A stretch of DNA of 64,000 nucleotides. Source: Candidatus Bathyarchaeia archaeon (lineage in GTDB: Archaea; Thermoproteota; Bathyarchaeia; Bathyarchaeales; Bathycorpusculaceae). The translations under genes were made by a program, and so were the position numbers. Below the pieces are notes generated by a model that was not told where the DNA came from, did not search any database, and saw only the letters and a list, made by a program, of their open reading frames with translations. The stretch lies in NCBI GenBank assembly GCA_037481775.1, contig JBBFKZ010000001.1, forward strand, positions 1 to 64,000. The letters are read 5' to 3'. Shown here one piece after another: positions 8,695 through 18,875 of this stretch; the stretch's first letter is position 1; each line of letters opens with the position of its first letter.

Positions 8695-9496
8695 AAGCTT
8701 GAAACGCTATATGGCGGAAAAAGGAAGAGACGGCGTAGTAATTGCCTTTTCAGGCGGACTTGACAGTTCAACACTGGCCGCGGTTAGTCGCAATGTTTTA
8801 GGTGATAAGGCAGTAGCGGTTACCGCAAAGTCGCCAACATACCCAGCTGAAGAATTAGAAGACGCCAAAAAAGTAGCAAAAGAGATAGGCATCAAACTTT
8901 ATGTGATAGAAACAAATGAGTTGATGAACGAGAAATTCAGCCGGAACCCGGAAAACCGATGTTACTACTGCAAAAAGGAACTACTGAAGCAGTTGCAAAA
9001 AACGGCAGAGGAAATGGGGTTTAAGGCAGTCTTTGAAGGTACAAACTTGAGCGATTTAACCGAACATAGACCAGGATTTAAAGCGGTTAAAGAAGCGGGA
9101 AATGTGTATAGCCCATGGGTTGAGACGCAGTTTACGAAAGAAGAGATTCGCGCATTAGCCAGAGAACTAGGGCTTTCCATATATAACAAGCCACCTTTAG
9201 CATGCCTAGCCTCAAGGATACCTTACCACGAAAAAATTACAGCGGAAAGATTAGAAAGAATAGAAAAAGCTGAGCAAACAGTGCGGAGGATGACAGGTGT
9301 GCAGCAACTGCGAGTGCGCGATCACAATGGATTAGCTAGAATAGAAGTGGGGAAAGACGAGAGGAAAATCTTTTGCGACATCTCGCTTATGGACCGAGTA
9401 GCCCATGAGTTAAAGAAGATAGGCTTCAAGTACGTGGCGCTTGATTTAGAAGGCTACAAGTCAGGAAGCATGCTTCTTACACTTGAAACTACGTAA
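8669..9496 (+). CDS. larE: ATP-dependent sulfur transferase LarE
   Basis: PP-loop AFSGGLDS, RCYYCKK, HRPG, ACLASRIPY and QLRVRDH motifs; adjacent to larC. Confidence 0.95.
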   Translation: MQLSREKIESLKRYMAEKGRDGVVIAFSGGLDSSTLAAVSRNVLGDKAVAVTAKSPTYPAEELEDAKKVAKEIGIKLYVIETNELMNEKFSRNPENRCYYCKKELLKQLQKTAEEMGFKAVFEGTNLSDLTEHRPGFKAVKEAGNVYSPWVETQFTKEEIRALARELGLSIYNKPPLACLASRIPYHEKITAERLERIEKAEQTVRRMTGVQQLRVRDHNGLARIEVGKDERKIFCDISLMDRVAHELKKIGFKYVALDLEGYKSGSMLLTLETT

Positions 9497-9608
9497 CAAC
9501 AAAAGTCAAAAGTAATCAGCAACTAAGCACACTTGGCGCGCAACCAGAACGCGTGCATAGCAAGTAAAAGCTTTTAGGCACATAAGTTCACCTTTATTTG
9601 TGAGCCCA

Positions 9609-10016
9609 ATGTCAAAAATCGTTAGGGTAGGAGTAACGTTTCCTCCAGATCTGCTGAAGGAGTTTGATGAGATTATAAGCAAAATGGGCTATGAAAGCCG
9701 CTCGAAGGCCATCCAAGATGCGGTGAGACTTTACGTTTCAGATAAGAAATGGCTCGGAGAAGAAAAAGCCGACCAAATAGGCGTGCTGCTCATGGTGTAT
9801 GACCATGAAGTGAGGGGACTAGAAAGCGAGCTTACAGAGGTACAGCATCATCATGCACCTTTGATTTCGTCCACAATGCACATTCACCTTGGCGAGCGCG
9901 ATTGCTTGGAAGTGATAGCAGTTAAGGGCAAAGCCGCGGAAATTCGAGAATTAAGCGATGAACTCACCACAAAAAGAGGCGTGAAAATCCTCAAAGAAAT
10001 GATAATTTCCGTCTAA
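9609..10016 (+). CDS. nikR: Nickel-responsive regulator NikR
   Basis: N-terminal RHH (RVGVTFP...SRSKAIQDAVR); YDH, QHHH and MHIHL...CLEVI nickel-site motifs. Confidence 0.95.
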   Translation: MSKIVRVGVTFPPDLLKEFDEIISKMGYESRSKAIQDAVRLYVSDKKWLGEEKADQIGVLLMVYDHEVRGLESELTEVQHHHAPLISSTMHIHLGERDCLEVIAVKGKAAEIRELSDELTTKRGVKILKEMIISV

Positions 10017-10933
10017 CGCCTCTGGCTATTAACCTCAAACATCCTTTCCAGCGCGATGCGGGCTTTCCGCGCCACAGCATCTGGAACTTTAACTAAGTGC
10101 TTTTCATGCTTCAGTGAATCGTAAAGTCTCTCAAGCGTCGTCAACTTCATGTTGGGACAGACAGCTTCTTTATAGGCCAAAATAAACTGCTTCCGTGGAT
10201 TTTCTTTCCGTAAGCGATGTAAAAGCCCCTCCTCGGTTCCGACAATGAATGTTTGTGCATAGGACTCTTTGACGTAATGGCACATTTTCGATGTACTGCC
10301 CACAAAATCAGCTATTCTGCGCATTTCAGCACTGCATTCAGGGTGAACCAGAACCTTGGCATCAGGATACTGTGCTTTAAGCACCATTACATCCTCAGGC
10401 TGGAAAAGCAGATGCGTCGGACAGAATCCCCACTCAGGAATTGGAATTAACGTTTTGCCTGTTTTCTCAGCTGCATACTCAGCCAGGTTCCGGTCTGGCC
10501 CGAAAAGAATGGTGTCAGCATCAAGTGAGTTGATGACTTCCACGAAGTTAGCAGATGTGCAACAAATGTCGCAGTAGGCTTTGGCTGAAGCTAAAGTGTT
10601 CACGTAAAGCACTACGGGCGCGTCTGGATAATGCACTTTCCACCGTTTAATCTCGTCAACCGTAAGCATCTGAGCCATGGGGCACCTGGCACCTAAAGAA
10701 GGCAGAAGCACCTTTTTCGAAGGGTTAAGTATCGCCGCAGATTCAGCCATAAAATCCACAGCGGAGAATACGATTATTTCTGCGTCTTTTTCTTCCATGG
10801 CTTTTCGGCTTAACTCAATGCTGTCGCCGACATAGTCAGCTATATCTTGAATTTCTGGCCTTTGATAGTTATGTGCCAGAATTATGGCTTTCTTTTCCTT
10901 TTTCAGCCGCTCAATTTTTTCGGTTAAGCTCAT
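10013..10933 (-). CDS. nadA: Quinolinate synthase
   Basis: ILAHNYQ, CPMA, YVNT, CTSAN, CPTH, VHPEC and CPNMK motifs. Confidence 0.97.
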   Translation of the reverse strand: MSLTEKIERLKKEKKAIILAHNYQRPEIQDIADYVGDSIELSRKAMEEKDAEIIVFSAVDFMAESAAILNPSKKVLLPSLGARCPMAQMLTVDEIKRWKVHYPDAPVVLYVNTLASAKAYCDICCTSANFVEVINSLDADTILFGPDRNLAEYAAEKTGKTLIPIPEWGFCPTHLLFQPEDVMVLKAQYPDAKVLVHPECSAEMRRIADFVGSTSKMCHYVKESYAQTFIVGTEEGLLHRLRKENPRKQFILAYKEAVCPNMKLTTLERLYDSLKHEKHLVKVPDAVARKARIALERMFEVNSQRR

Positions 10934-11082
10934 TGTTTCGCCTTAACGAGCGAAAAAGGCACATCTGAAGATATATATGCTTTTACCTCAAATAGCCATT
11001 TTTATAATGAAATTCATTTGCACATGTCAACGGCGTAGCAATGACTAAAAAAACGAAAGAAAAAGGGAAAAAATTGAAATGA

Positions 11083-12510
11083 TTATCGGCTTTTCTGATC
11101 TACAAGTTGACCGTCTGCATCAATGAGCTGCACTTGCAGTGGCATTTGCCCAACAGCATGTGTTGCGCAGCTTAAGCATGGATCAAACGCTCGTATAACC
11201 GCTTCAACCCTGTTAAGCATGCCTTCCTGTAGCTGCTTTGCCTTCACATACTTCTTAGCGACTTGCGTTACCGCCTTGTTGAAAGCCAAGTTGTTGTGCT
11301 CGGTGGCGATTATCATGTTAGCCCACAAAATCCTGCCTTGCATGTCAACCTTGTAGTGATGGATCAACGTTCCCCTTGGCGCCTCAGCGACGCCGACGCC
11401 TTCCTCATTATTAACGGAAGCTTTAGAACTTACACGTTCGGATAGTATAGCTGGATCTTCGAGAAGCTCCTTCGCAGTTTCTATGCAAAAGAGAATCTCG
11501 ATAAGCCGCGCGTAATGATAGTGGAAAGTGCTTTGAACTATGCCGTTTTTGCCGAGTTTCTTAAACTCTTTAAGCTCTTCGTCAGCCAATGGGGTGCCAC
11601 AATGCGAGGCGATATTAAGCCGTGCTAATGGGCCAACGCGATAAATTCCAGCAGGATAACCTAGCGGTTTGTAATAGGGGAACTTCATGTAAGACCAAGG
11701 TTCAACCGCCTCCCCGATATACTCTTGATAAGCAGCGGGATCAAGTTGGTCAGCTACAATTTTGCCCTCAGCGTCAACTATGCGTATCTTGCCATCATAA
11801 TGCTCCAGCCCGCCCTTTGGCGTTACAAGGCCTAAGTAGTAAGTGGGGAAGTTACCGAAGTTCTCCGCTTCTTCCCCAAACTCTTGCAAACAACCCTTGA
11901 ACAGTTTAAGCGTCTTAAGCGTAATATCTGTTGCTTCGGGCAGTTTAGCGCGGATGTAGTCAGCGTTCTCCTTGGATAGAGGCCACTTTGCGCCTCCGGG
12001 GATTATCCAGTCGTATGAATGAATGCGTTTGCCAGCCACTTTTTCAATGATTTCTTGCCCAAACTTTCGCAGTTTAACACCTTGAATGGCCAAGTCAGGC
12101 TTCTTCTCGATCAAACCGAAGATGTTCCGCGTTTCTGGACTTGCATCCATTCCCAGCAACAGGTCAGGTGCGGAAAGATGGAAGAAGCTTAACGAATGTG
12201 ACTGAATCAATTGCCCCATGTGCATCAAGCGGCGCAGAAGAACGGCTGTTTTCGGCGGTTTTACACCGACAAATGCATCGCAAGCCTTCGCTGAAGCAAG
12301 CAAGTGGCTAACTGGGCAGATGCCGCATGATCTTGAAGTTATGCCGGGCATCTCGTAGAATGGGCGGCCTTCGCTGAATTTCTCGAATCCGCGGAAGTCA
12401 ATAACGTGAAAACGTGCCTCTTTAACGGTATCATCTTTATTCAGATGAATGGTTATTTTGGCGTGACCTTCTATTCTCGTTACTGGATGTATCTCAATTT
12501 CTTTGTTCAT
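11083..12510 (-). CDS. hoxH: [NiFe]-hydrogenase large subunit, HoxH type (group 3d)
   Basis: PVTRIEGH; L1 [11 protein letters not shown]; L2 DPCLSCATH plus C-terminal extension; hoxEFUY context. Confidence 0.93.
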   Translation of the reverse strand: MNKEIEIHPVTRIEGHAKITIHLNKDDTVKEARFHVIDFRGFEKFSEGRPFYEMPGITSRSCGICPVSHLLASAKACDAFVGVKPPKTAVLLRRLMHMGQLIQSHSLSFFHLSAPDLLLGMDASPETRNIFGLIEKKPDLAIQGVKLRKFGQEIIEKVAGKRIHSYDWIIPGGAKWPLSKENADYIRAKLPEATDITLKTLKLFKGCLQEFGEEAENFGNFPTYYLGLVTPKGGLEHYDGKIRIVDAEGKIVADQLDPAAYQEYIGEAVEPWSYMKFPYYKPLGYPAGIYRVGPLARLNIASHCGTPLADEELKEFKKLGKNGIVQSTFHYHYARLIEILFCIETAKELLEDPAILSERVSSKASVNNEEGVGVAEAPRGTLIHHYKVDMQGRILWANMIIATEHNNLAFNKAVTQVAKKYVKAKQLQEGMLNRVEAVIRAFDPCLSCATHAVGQMPLQVQLIDADGQLVDQKSR

Positions 12511-12520
12511 GGTTTTTCCC

Positions 12521-13063
12521 TCACCCATACTTGGATCTACCCTCCATGTTAGGAGTTCTTCCAGCCAACAGCTCAGTTAACACATAGTTTATGACTGAAG
12601 CAGACGGCGGACAGCCTGGAATGAAGTAATCTACTTTCACAATCTCATGCAACGGTCGAACCTTCTCTAATAATGTTGGAACTTCTGTTGGGATTTGCTT
12701 GTTCACGTCAGAGTTCTCCACATATGCTCGCTCTAAAGCGAGTCGGGCACTGTCGTTCCAAGCGTTTCTCAAGGCAGGAACGTTTCCTGTTACAGCGCAA
12801 TCGCCGAGAGAAATCAGGATTTTTGTTTTAGCGCGGGCCTCTTTGAGTAGGCTTTGCTGTTCCTCGTTCGCAACCGCTCCTTCAATGAGTGTTACGTCAA
12901 CGTTTTCCGGGAAAGTTTTTATGTCCACAAGTGGGCTGTAAACTATCTGGATTTTTTTAGCCAGTTCCAGAATTAGCTCGTCCTGGTCAAGAAATGACAT
13001 GTGGCAGCCTGAGCAGCCGCTTAGCCAGATTGTTGCAACTCGGGTTTTTTCCTGGGAATTCAT
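12521..13063 (-). CDS. hoxY: [NiFe]-hydrogenase small subunit HoxY (proximal cluster only)
   Basis: WLSGCSGCHMSFLD, GDCAVTGNV and IPGCPP; only 180 aa. Confidence 0.93.
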   Translation of the reverse strand: MNSQEKTRVATIWLSGCSGCHMSFLDQDELILELAKKIQIVYSPLVDIKTFPENVDVTLIEGAVANEEQQSLLKEARAKTKILISLGDCAVTGNVPALRNAWNDSARLALERAYVENSDVNKQIPTEVPTLLEKVRPLHEIVKVDYFIPGCPPSASVINYVLTELLAGRTPNMEGRSKYG

Positions 13064-13767
13064 TTCCTCTGTCTCCTTGTCAATATAAATTCAGCAACAT
13101 CCTTATTCTTAGTTCGCGTGATGGGTTCGCCTTCAATGTAGATGGCGCCCACAGGGCAGACTTTTGCGCATTTCCTGCATGACGTGCATGAACAGGAGTT
13201 CGCCCAGTTTTCATCCAGATCCATTATAACCTCGGCATTTCTACCCCGCTGCTTCAAATCAAGCGTGTGAACACCTTCTATTTCGTCGCAGACACGTATG
13301 CACCGTGTGCATAATATGCAACGATTTCTATCGATAACAAGGAAGTCATGCGAGGAGTCGATTTCTTTTCGGCTCCAATTGCGTTCAAATATTGAATGAT
13401 CAACGCCTAATTTGTTTGCTAAGCTTTGCAATTCACAGTGATCATTTGCAACGCAAACGGAGCAGACATGCGTTCTTTCAGAAAGAAGCAACTGAATGGT
13501 CATCTTGCGGTACTCGCGAAGCAGCTCGGAGTTTGTTATGACCTCCATTCCGGCGCTTACGGGTGTTGTGCAAGCAGGGAAAAGCTTGGGTGCGCCCTTG
13601 ACTTCGACGAGGCATAAGCGGCATCCGCCGTAGGCGGTTAAGCCTTCCAGCGCGCACAAAGTTGGAATTTCAATGCCATTGTTTCTGGCCGCTTCCAAAA
13701 TGGTTACGCCCTCAGGCACTTCAACTTCAACATTATCGATTTTCAGCTTTACAGTTGTTGCGTTCAT
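13060..13767 (-). CDS. hoxU: Diaphorase Fe-S subunit HoxU
   Basis: IPTLC..GGCRLC [2Fe-2S], HVCSVC...C, CILCTRC and CTSCRKCAKVCP. Confidence 0.93.
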   Translation of the reverse strand: MNATTVKLKIDNVEVEVPEGVTILEAARNNGIEIPTLCALEGLTAYGGCRLCLVEVKGAPKLFPACTTPVSAGMEVITNSELLREYRKMTIQLLLSERTHVCSVCVANDHCELQSLANKLGVDHSIFERNWSRKEIDSSHDFLVIDRNRCILCTRCIRVCDEIEGVHTLDLKQRGRNAEVIMDLDENWANSCSCTSCRKCAKVCPVGAIYIEGEPITRTKNKDVAEFILTRRQRK

Positions 13768-15410
13768 TGTTCACCCTCCTTTGTTTTGAAGCAACGACCT
13801 GCAGGGCAAGTTTTGTCCTTAATGTGCTGGATGTACTCGTCCTTGAAGTATCGTAGAGTAGTAAGCACAGGGTTTGGCGCTGTTTGCCCGAGACCGCATA
13901 GACTGGCGTCCCGGATATAAACGCTGGTTTTCTCCAGCACAGTAATGTCCTCCATTTTGCCGTTCCCTTGCGTGATTGCATCGTAAATGCCCTTTATCTT
14001 TGTGAGACCGACGCGGCAGGGTGTGCATTTGCCGCAGGATTCGTCTACACAGAATTCTGTGAAGAACTTTGCAGTGTCCACCATGCATGACTGATCATCG
14101 AGCACAATTATGCCACCTGAACCCATTATTGCACCGAGATTCTTCAGCGACTCATAATCTATAGGCTGATCAATGTGGGTTTCAGGAATGCAGCCGCCTG
14201 AAGGCCCGCCGACCAAGACGGCCTTGAACTTTCGGCCTTTCTGTACGCCGCCGCCTATGTCGAAAACCACTTCTCTAAGCGTGATGCCCATAGGCACCTC
14301 TATTAGGCCTGGGTTATTGACTTTACCAGTTAATGAGAAGCATTTGGTGCCTGTGCATTTTGGCGTGCCGATTTTGGAGAACCATAAACCTCCGTTCAGG
14401 ATTATCAGAGGAATATTAGCCAATGTTTCCACGTTTTGTATCAAAGTTGGTTTCCCCCATAAACCTGAATTGGCAGGGTAAGGCGGGCGTGGACGAGGCA
14501 TCGCGCGTCTGCCTTCGACGGAAGCAAGTATAGCCGTTTCTTCGCCGGCGACGAATGCGCCAGCGCCTAGCCGAAGCTCAACGTCGAATTTGAAAGAGGT
14601 CTCTAATATATTGTTGCCTAAAAGGGACATTGATCGCGCCTGAGTAATAGCTCGCTGCAGCGTTTGAATCGCCAGCGGATATTCCGCGCGTATGTAAATG
14701 TAGCCTTTCTCTGCGCCCACTGCAAACGCCGCTATTGCCATGCCCTCAAGAATAGCGTGCGGATCCGCTTCGGCTAATGTTCGATTTGCAAAAACACCTG
14801 GGTCACCCTCATCTAAGTTAGCCACGATGTATTTAGGCGAGCCATGTGCTCTTGCTACTAGACTCCATTTTTGGCCTGTTGGGAAACCCGCGCCGCCGCG
14901 GCCTCTAAGGCCGCTGGTCATTACCTCATATATAACGCCTTGAGGTGTCATGGTTGCCAAGCATTTAACAAGAGCAGAGTACCCGCCCATTGCGATGTAG
15001 TCCTGAATCCGGTAAGGATCTATTTTACCAGCGTTTCTTAGGACTAGACGCTTCTGTTTTTTGAAGAACTGCTCGTTGTGGTAGAGCATGTCTTTTGCAG
15101 GTAAGCCTAAGACAACGTGGTCTCGGACGATTTCTCGCGCTTTCTCAGGAGTAACTTGCTGGTAAATGTAGTCTCCTGGTTCAACAACGACAACCGGACC
15201 CACGGAGCATGTGCCGGGACATCCGGTTCTGGCAACTTTGCATTCTTTTTCGACGCCCATTTCTTTAACTGCTTTTTCGAATGCTTCTAAAACTTTTAAA
15301 GCACCTAGTGGCATGCAGCCACTTGAGCAGCAGACATTTATTCGGTATTTGTAAGCTCTTTGGAAATCAATTTCTTGCTCGGCGATTTTTTGTAAATCGG
15401 CAAGTTTCAT
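13764..15410 (-). CDS. hoxF: Diaphorase flavoprotein HoxF (NuoF/HydB-like)
   Basis: N-terminal thioredoxin-like [2Fe-2S] Cys set, GLRGRGGAGFPTG, DEGDPG, GEETA, GGPSGG, ESCGKCTPCR and LCGLG. Confidence 0.93.
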   Translation of the reverse strand: MKLADLQKIAEQEIDFQRAYKYRINVCCSSGCMPLGALKVLEAFEKAVKEMGVEKECKVARTGCPGTCSVGPVVVVEPGDYIYQQVTPEKAREIVRDHVVLGLPAKDMLYHNEQFFKKQKRLVLRNAGKIDPYRIQDYIAMGGYSALVKCLATMTPQGVIYEVMTSGLRGRGGAGFPTGQKWSLVARAHGSPKYIVANLDEGDPGVFANRTLAEADPHAILEGMAIAAFAVGAEKGYIYIRAEYPLAIQTLQRAITQARSMSLLGNNILETSFKFDVELRLGAGAFVAGEETAILASVEGRRAMPRPRPPYPANSGLWGKPTLIQNVETLANIPLIILNGGLWFSKIGTPKCTGTKCFSLTGKVNNPGLIEVPMGITLREVVFDIGGGVQKGRKFKAVLVGGPSGGCIPETHIDQPIDYESLKNLGAIMGSGGIIVLDDQSCMVDTAKFFTEFCVDESCGKCTPCRVGLTKIKGIYDAITQGNGKMEDITVLEKTSVYIRDASLCGLGQTAPNPVLTTLRYFKDEYIQHIKDKTCPAGRCFKTKEGEQ

Positions 15411-15889
15411 TGTGCTGAACCTCCAAGAAGCTTTTTGATTCTTTCGATTACAACTTCCTTTGTTGCTTTACCTATTACTTCGTCATCTATGATTATGGCA
15501 GGCGATATTGCGCAAGCACCGATGCAGCGAGTTACAAACAGGGAAAGCTTTCCATCCGCAGTCGTGCCGCCTCGTTTAACATTAAATTCGCTTTCAATAG
15601 CTTGCATGATTTGCTCGCTGCCCTTTACATAGCAGGCGGTGCCGAGGCATCCGGTAACTATATGCTCACCTGGCTTTGTTAAGTTGAAGAAACTGTAGAA
15701 TGTGGCCACACCAAACACTGTGCTCGGTGGAAGATGAAGCGATTGAGCAACGTCCATCAATAAGTCTTTGCCCAAATATCCATAGATGCTTTGAGCTTTG
15801 TGAAGTATCTCTAGCAAAGCGCTTGGTTGATAATCATATTCTTTTAACGTTTTTTCTAGCAACATTCGGCGGTTATCCTCTTTTGACAA
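15407..15889 (-). CDS. hoxE: [2Fe-2S] subunit HoxE (NuoE-like)
   Basis: GVATFYSFF, CLGTACYVKG and RCIGAC; TTG start with GGAGG SD. Confidence 0.92.
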   Translation of the reverse strand: MSKEDNRRMLLEKTLKEYDYQPSALLEILHKAQSIYGYLGKDLLMDVAQSLHLPPSTVFGVATFYSFFNLTKPGEHIVTGCLGTACYVKGSEQIMQAIESEFNVKRGGTTADGKLSLFVTRCIGACAISPAIIIDDEVIGKATKEVVIERIKKLLGGSAQ

Positions 15890-16212
15890 AAATCAAACCT
15901 CCAAATCGGTGAAGTGCAAGCATTGCTGTAACACACACCCACATATCCTCGAGGTTTAGTGAAAAATGGCAGTATATAAACTATAAGCAGTAAAAACATG
16001 AAACCTTTTGGAAAACTTGAATTTAGAAAGAAAAGGAGGAACAGAATTTTATAGTTACTGCTCACCCCATAGTTTAAGGTCTAAAAATACAGTAAATCAT
16101 GAAGTTATCATCTGATTTTCCCAAAAATAGCGAGTTTCATGAGAAAGCATTAAATTTTGCTGTTGTGCATTATTTACACTAAATTTGCCGTAACGCGGCA
16201 ATAGCTGAGTGG

Positions 16213-18135
16213 ATGAACATGCGCATAATCTCCAAAGAAGACTTCGCTAATTTTGTTGATTCAATGATAAAAGATAAGTCGTTGAACGTTATAGGCGTCA
16301 AAGCTAAAGGAGACAAATTCGCTTTTGGACCATTGGAATCCGCCAGCGAATTACGTCTAGACTATGACGTAACAATTCTTCCGCCTAAGAAGTATTTTTT
16401 CCCTCAACGCGAAACACTTGTCACTTACGACTTGGCCAAAGGCTTTGCAGCAAAGAGCCCGACAGAAGCCAAACCAATGGTAATAATCGGCGTTCACCCC
16501 TACGACATAGTGGCTCTTCTGCACATGGATGAAATATTCAGAGAAACAAAATCAGACCCCTACTACTTCGAAAAAAGGCAAGCCTCCATAATTATAGGCG
16601 TCAACATTCAAAAAATGTCAAAATGGTGCTTTGCACCAGCCATGGGCTGCGCTGTAGTCGACTATGGCTACGACCTAATGCTCACAGATCTTGGAAACAG
16701 ATACGCCATAACCATTGGCTCCCAGAAAGGCGAAGCACTGCTGGATAAATATGCTAAGAACGTAAAGCCAGCGCTTGCCAGAGACGTGCAGCTAGTTGGA
16801 CAGAAAAAGCGCGAAGTAATGGACATGGCTCAACAGAAATTTGATTTTCCACCAGAATTAATCCCCGAGTTGCTAAGCAAAAGTTACGAGAAAAGTGGCT
16901 TTTGGGAAAAGCATGCCGAAAAATGCTTAGCTTGCGGCTCATGCGTGCTAGTTTGCCCCACATGCTATTGCTTTGATGTTAAAGATCAAGCAGATTTATC
17001 TCTGGAATACGGAGAAAGAATAAGAACGTGGGACGGATGCTTGCTGGAAGACTTCGCAAAAATTGCTTCAGGCGAAAACTTCCGCCCCACGAGACCGACA
17101 AGATATAGGCACAGGTACTTTAAGAAGGGAAAATACCTTTTTGACAGGTTTGGTTTTATCTCATGCGTTGGTTGCGGCAGATGCTCCTCAAACTGTCTGC
17201 CGGACATAGCGAATCCAGTCAAATTATTCAACGATATGTATCATGAACTCCGCAGCATGGGCGAGCAAGTAGCGCCTGCAACGGCGCCTGAAGTAGAAAT
17301 CCAAACAGAAGGGAACATAGATTACGTTCCGAAACTAGCTACTATCGTAAGAAAAGTGCCGATGACAGATAAGGAAACATTGTTTGAAATAAAACTGGAT
17401 GACGGAACTGACTTAAACCACAATCCAGGCCAATTTGTTGAAGTCTCTGTTTTCGGCGTTGGTGAAGCACCGATTTCCATATCATCTTCGCCAACGAAAA
17501 AAGGCACGTTTGAACTTTGTGTGCGCAAAGTGGGCAGCGTAACAACAAGATTACATGCGCTTAATGTGGGGGATAAAGTAGGAATTAGAGGCCCCTTCGG
17601 GAAAGGTTTTGACGCTGAACAACTAAAAGGCAAAGACCTACTGTTTATAGCCGGTGGCCTTGGAATTGCACCGCTACGATCCTTGTTTAATTATGTTTTG
17701 GATAACAGAAAAGATTACGGCCGAGTTATCCTGCTATACGGCTGCAAAGAGCCCAAGGAAATGTTATTCGGAGATGAACTTATGGCGCTGGCGAAAAGAA
17801 ATGACGTAGAGTTTAAGCCCACGGTTGACTGGTGCCCAGAGAATGAACTGTGGGAAGGAAACATAGGCGTAATCACCACCTTAATTCCCAAAGTCAATTT
17901 CGATCCAGAAACCACCTACGCAATAGTATGTGGCCCACCAATCATGTACAAGTTTGTTATCGCAGATCTAAAAAGCAGAAAGATGCCAGATGACCACATA
18001 ATTCTCTCGCTTGAACGGAGAATGAAATGCGGTGTTGGAAAATGTGGGCACTGCCAAATTAACCAGATCTACGTTTGTAAAGATGGCCCAGTATTCAATT
18101 ATTCAAAAATTAAAGGAGTACCGGAGGCATTATAA
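16213..18135 (+). CDS. Fused beta (Fe-S) and gamma (FAD/NAD(P)-binding) subunits of a group 3b sulfhydrogenase-type enzyme
   Basis: N half CLACGSCVLVCPTCYC and CVGCGRCSSNC; C half PGQF, GEAPISISS, RGPFG, AGGLG, CGPPIM and MKCGVGKCGHC; one continuous ORF. Confidence 0.92.
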   Translation: MNMRIISKEDFANFVDSMIKDKSLNVIGVKAKGDKFAFGPLESASELRLDYDVTILPPKKYFFPQRETLVTYDLAKGFAAKSPTEAKPMVIIGVHPYDIVALLHMDEIFRETKSDPYYFEKRQASIIIGVNIQKMSKWCFAPAMGCAVVDYGYDLMLTDLGNRYAITIGSQKGEALLDKYAKNVKPALARDVQLVGQKKREVMDMAQQKFDFPPELIPELLSKSYEKSGFWEKHAEKCLACGSCVLVCPTCYCFDVKDQADLSLEYGERIRTWDGCLLEDFAKIASGENFRPTRPTRYRHRYFKKGKYLFDRFGFISCVGCGRCSSNCLPDIANPVKLFNDMYHELRSMGEQVAPATAPEVEIQTEGNIDYVPKLATIVRKVPMTDKETLFEIKLDDGTDLNHNPGQFVEVSVFGVGEAPISISSSPTKKGTFELCVRKVGSVTTRLHALNVGDKVGIRGPFGKGFDAEQLKGKDLLFIAGGLGIAPLRSLFNYVLDNRKDYGRVILLYGCKEPKEMLFGDELMALAKRNDVEFKPTVDWCPENELWEGNIGVITTLIPKVNFDPETTYAIVCGPPIMYKFVIADLKSRKMPDDHIILSLERRMKCGVGKCGHCQINQIYVCKDGPVFNYSKIKGVPEAL

Positions 18136-18875
18136 TGGCAAAACCAAAAGTTGCATTTTTTGACTTTGCAGGCTGCGAAGGAGACCAACTGCAAATCGCC
18201 AACCTAGAAGAAGAATTGCTCACCCTTTTGGGGCAGGTTGAAGTAGTGAGTTTCAGAGAAGTCATGAAAGAACACAGCGACAATTACGACATAGCCTTTA
18301 TTGAAGGCTCATGCACACGACTTCAGGATGAGGATAGATTAAAGCAGATAAGGAAAAACGCAAAAATCGTCGTTGCAATAGGTTCATGCGCAACAATAGG
18401 CGGCATCAACTCACTTAAAAACTATCAAGACCTAGACGAAGTTAGGAAAACAGTATACGGAGACAAAGCCTACTTGTTTGATACTTACGCAGCTAGACCA
18501 ATAGACGCGGTTATACCCGTTGACGCCTACGTACATGGATGCCCAATAAACAAGGAAGAATTTCTGAGCGTTGTTAAATCGCTTTTGCTGGGCAAAAAAC
18601 CAGACATACCCAACTATCCCGTCTGCGTTGAATGTAAGAAAAATGAGAATGTATGTGCGTTTGAAAGAGGCCAATTCTGTGTAGGTCCAGTAACCAGAGC
18701 AGGCTGTAACTCATGCTGCGTAAATGAGGGGACAATATGCTGGGGATGCCGCGGGCTTGTAGACAACCCGAATGAGAATTCGCAAAAAGAAGTTTTAATC
18801 AAATACGGCCTCACGGTTGACGAAGCAATTAGCAAGTTTAGGTTATATTTCGGTTGGCAGGAGAGGAAAAGATGA
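18135..18875 (+). CDS. hydD: Group 3b [NiFe]-hydrogenase small (delta) subunit
   Basis: GCEGDQ, GSCATIGG, GCP, VCVEC, CVGPVTRAGC and CWGCRG. Confidence 0.9.
   Translation: MAKPKVAFFDFAGCEGDQLQIANLEEELLTLLGQVEVVSFREVMKEHSDNYDIAFIEGSCTRLQDEDRLKQIRKNAKIVVAIGSCATIGGINSLKNYQDLDEVRKTVYGDKAYLFDTYAARPIDAVIPVDAYVHGCPINKEEFLSVVKSLLLGKKPDIPNYPVCVECKKNENVCAFERGQFCVGPVTRAGCNSCCVNEGTICWGCRGLVDNPNENSQKEVLIKYGLTVDEAISKFRLYFGWQERKR

Noticed and set aside
15979-16062. Short inverted matches (AGCAGTAA/TTACTGCT) in the hydrogenase spacer as an operator
   Set aside because: The arms are ~60 bp apart in AT-rich DNA with no NikR-like or SurR-like geometry; cannot be distinguished from chance
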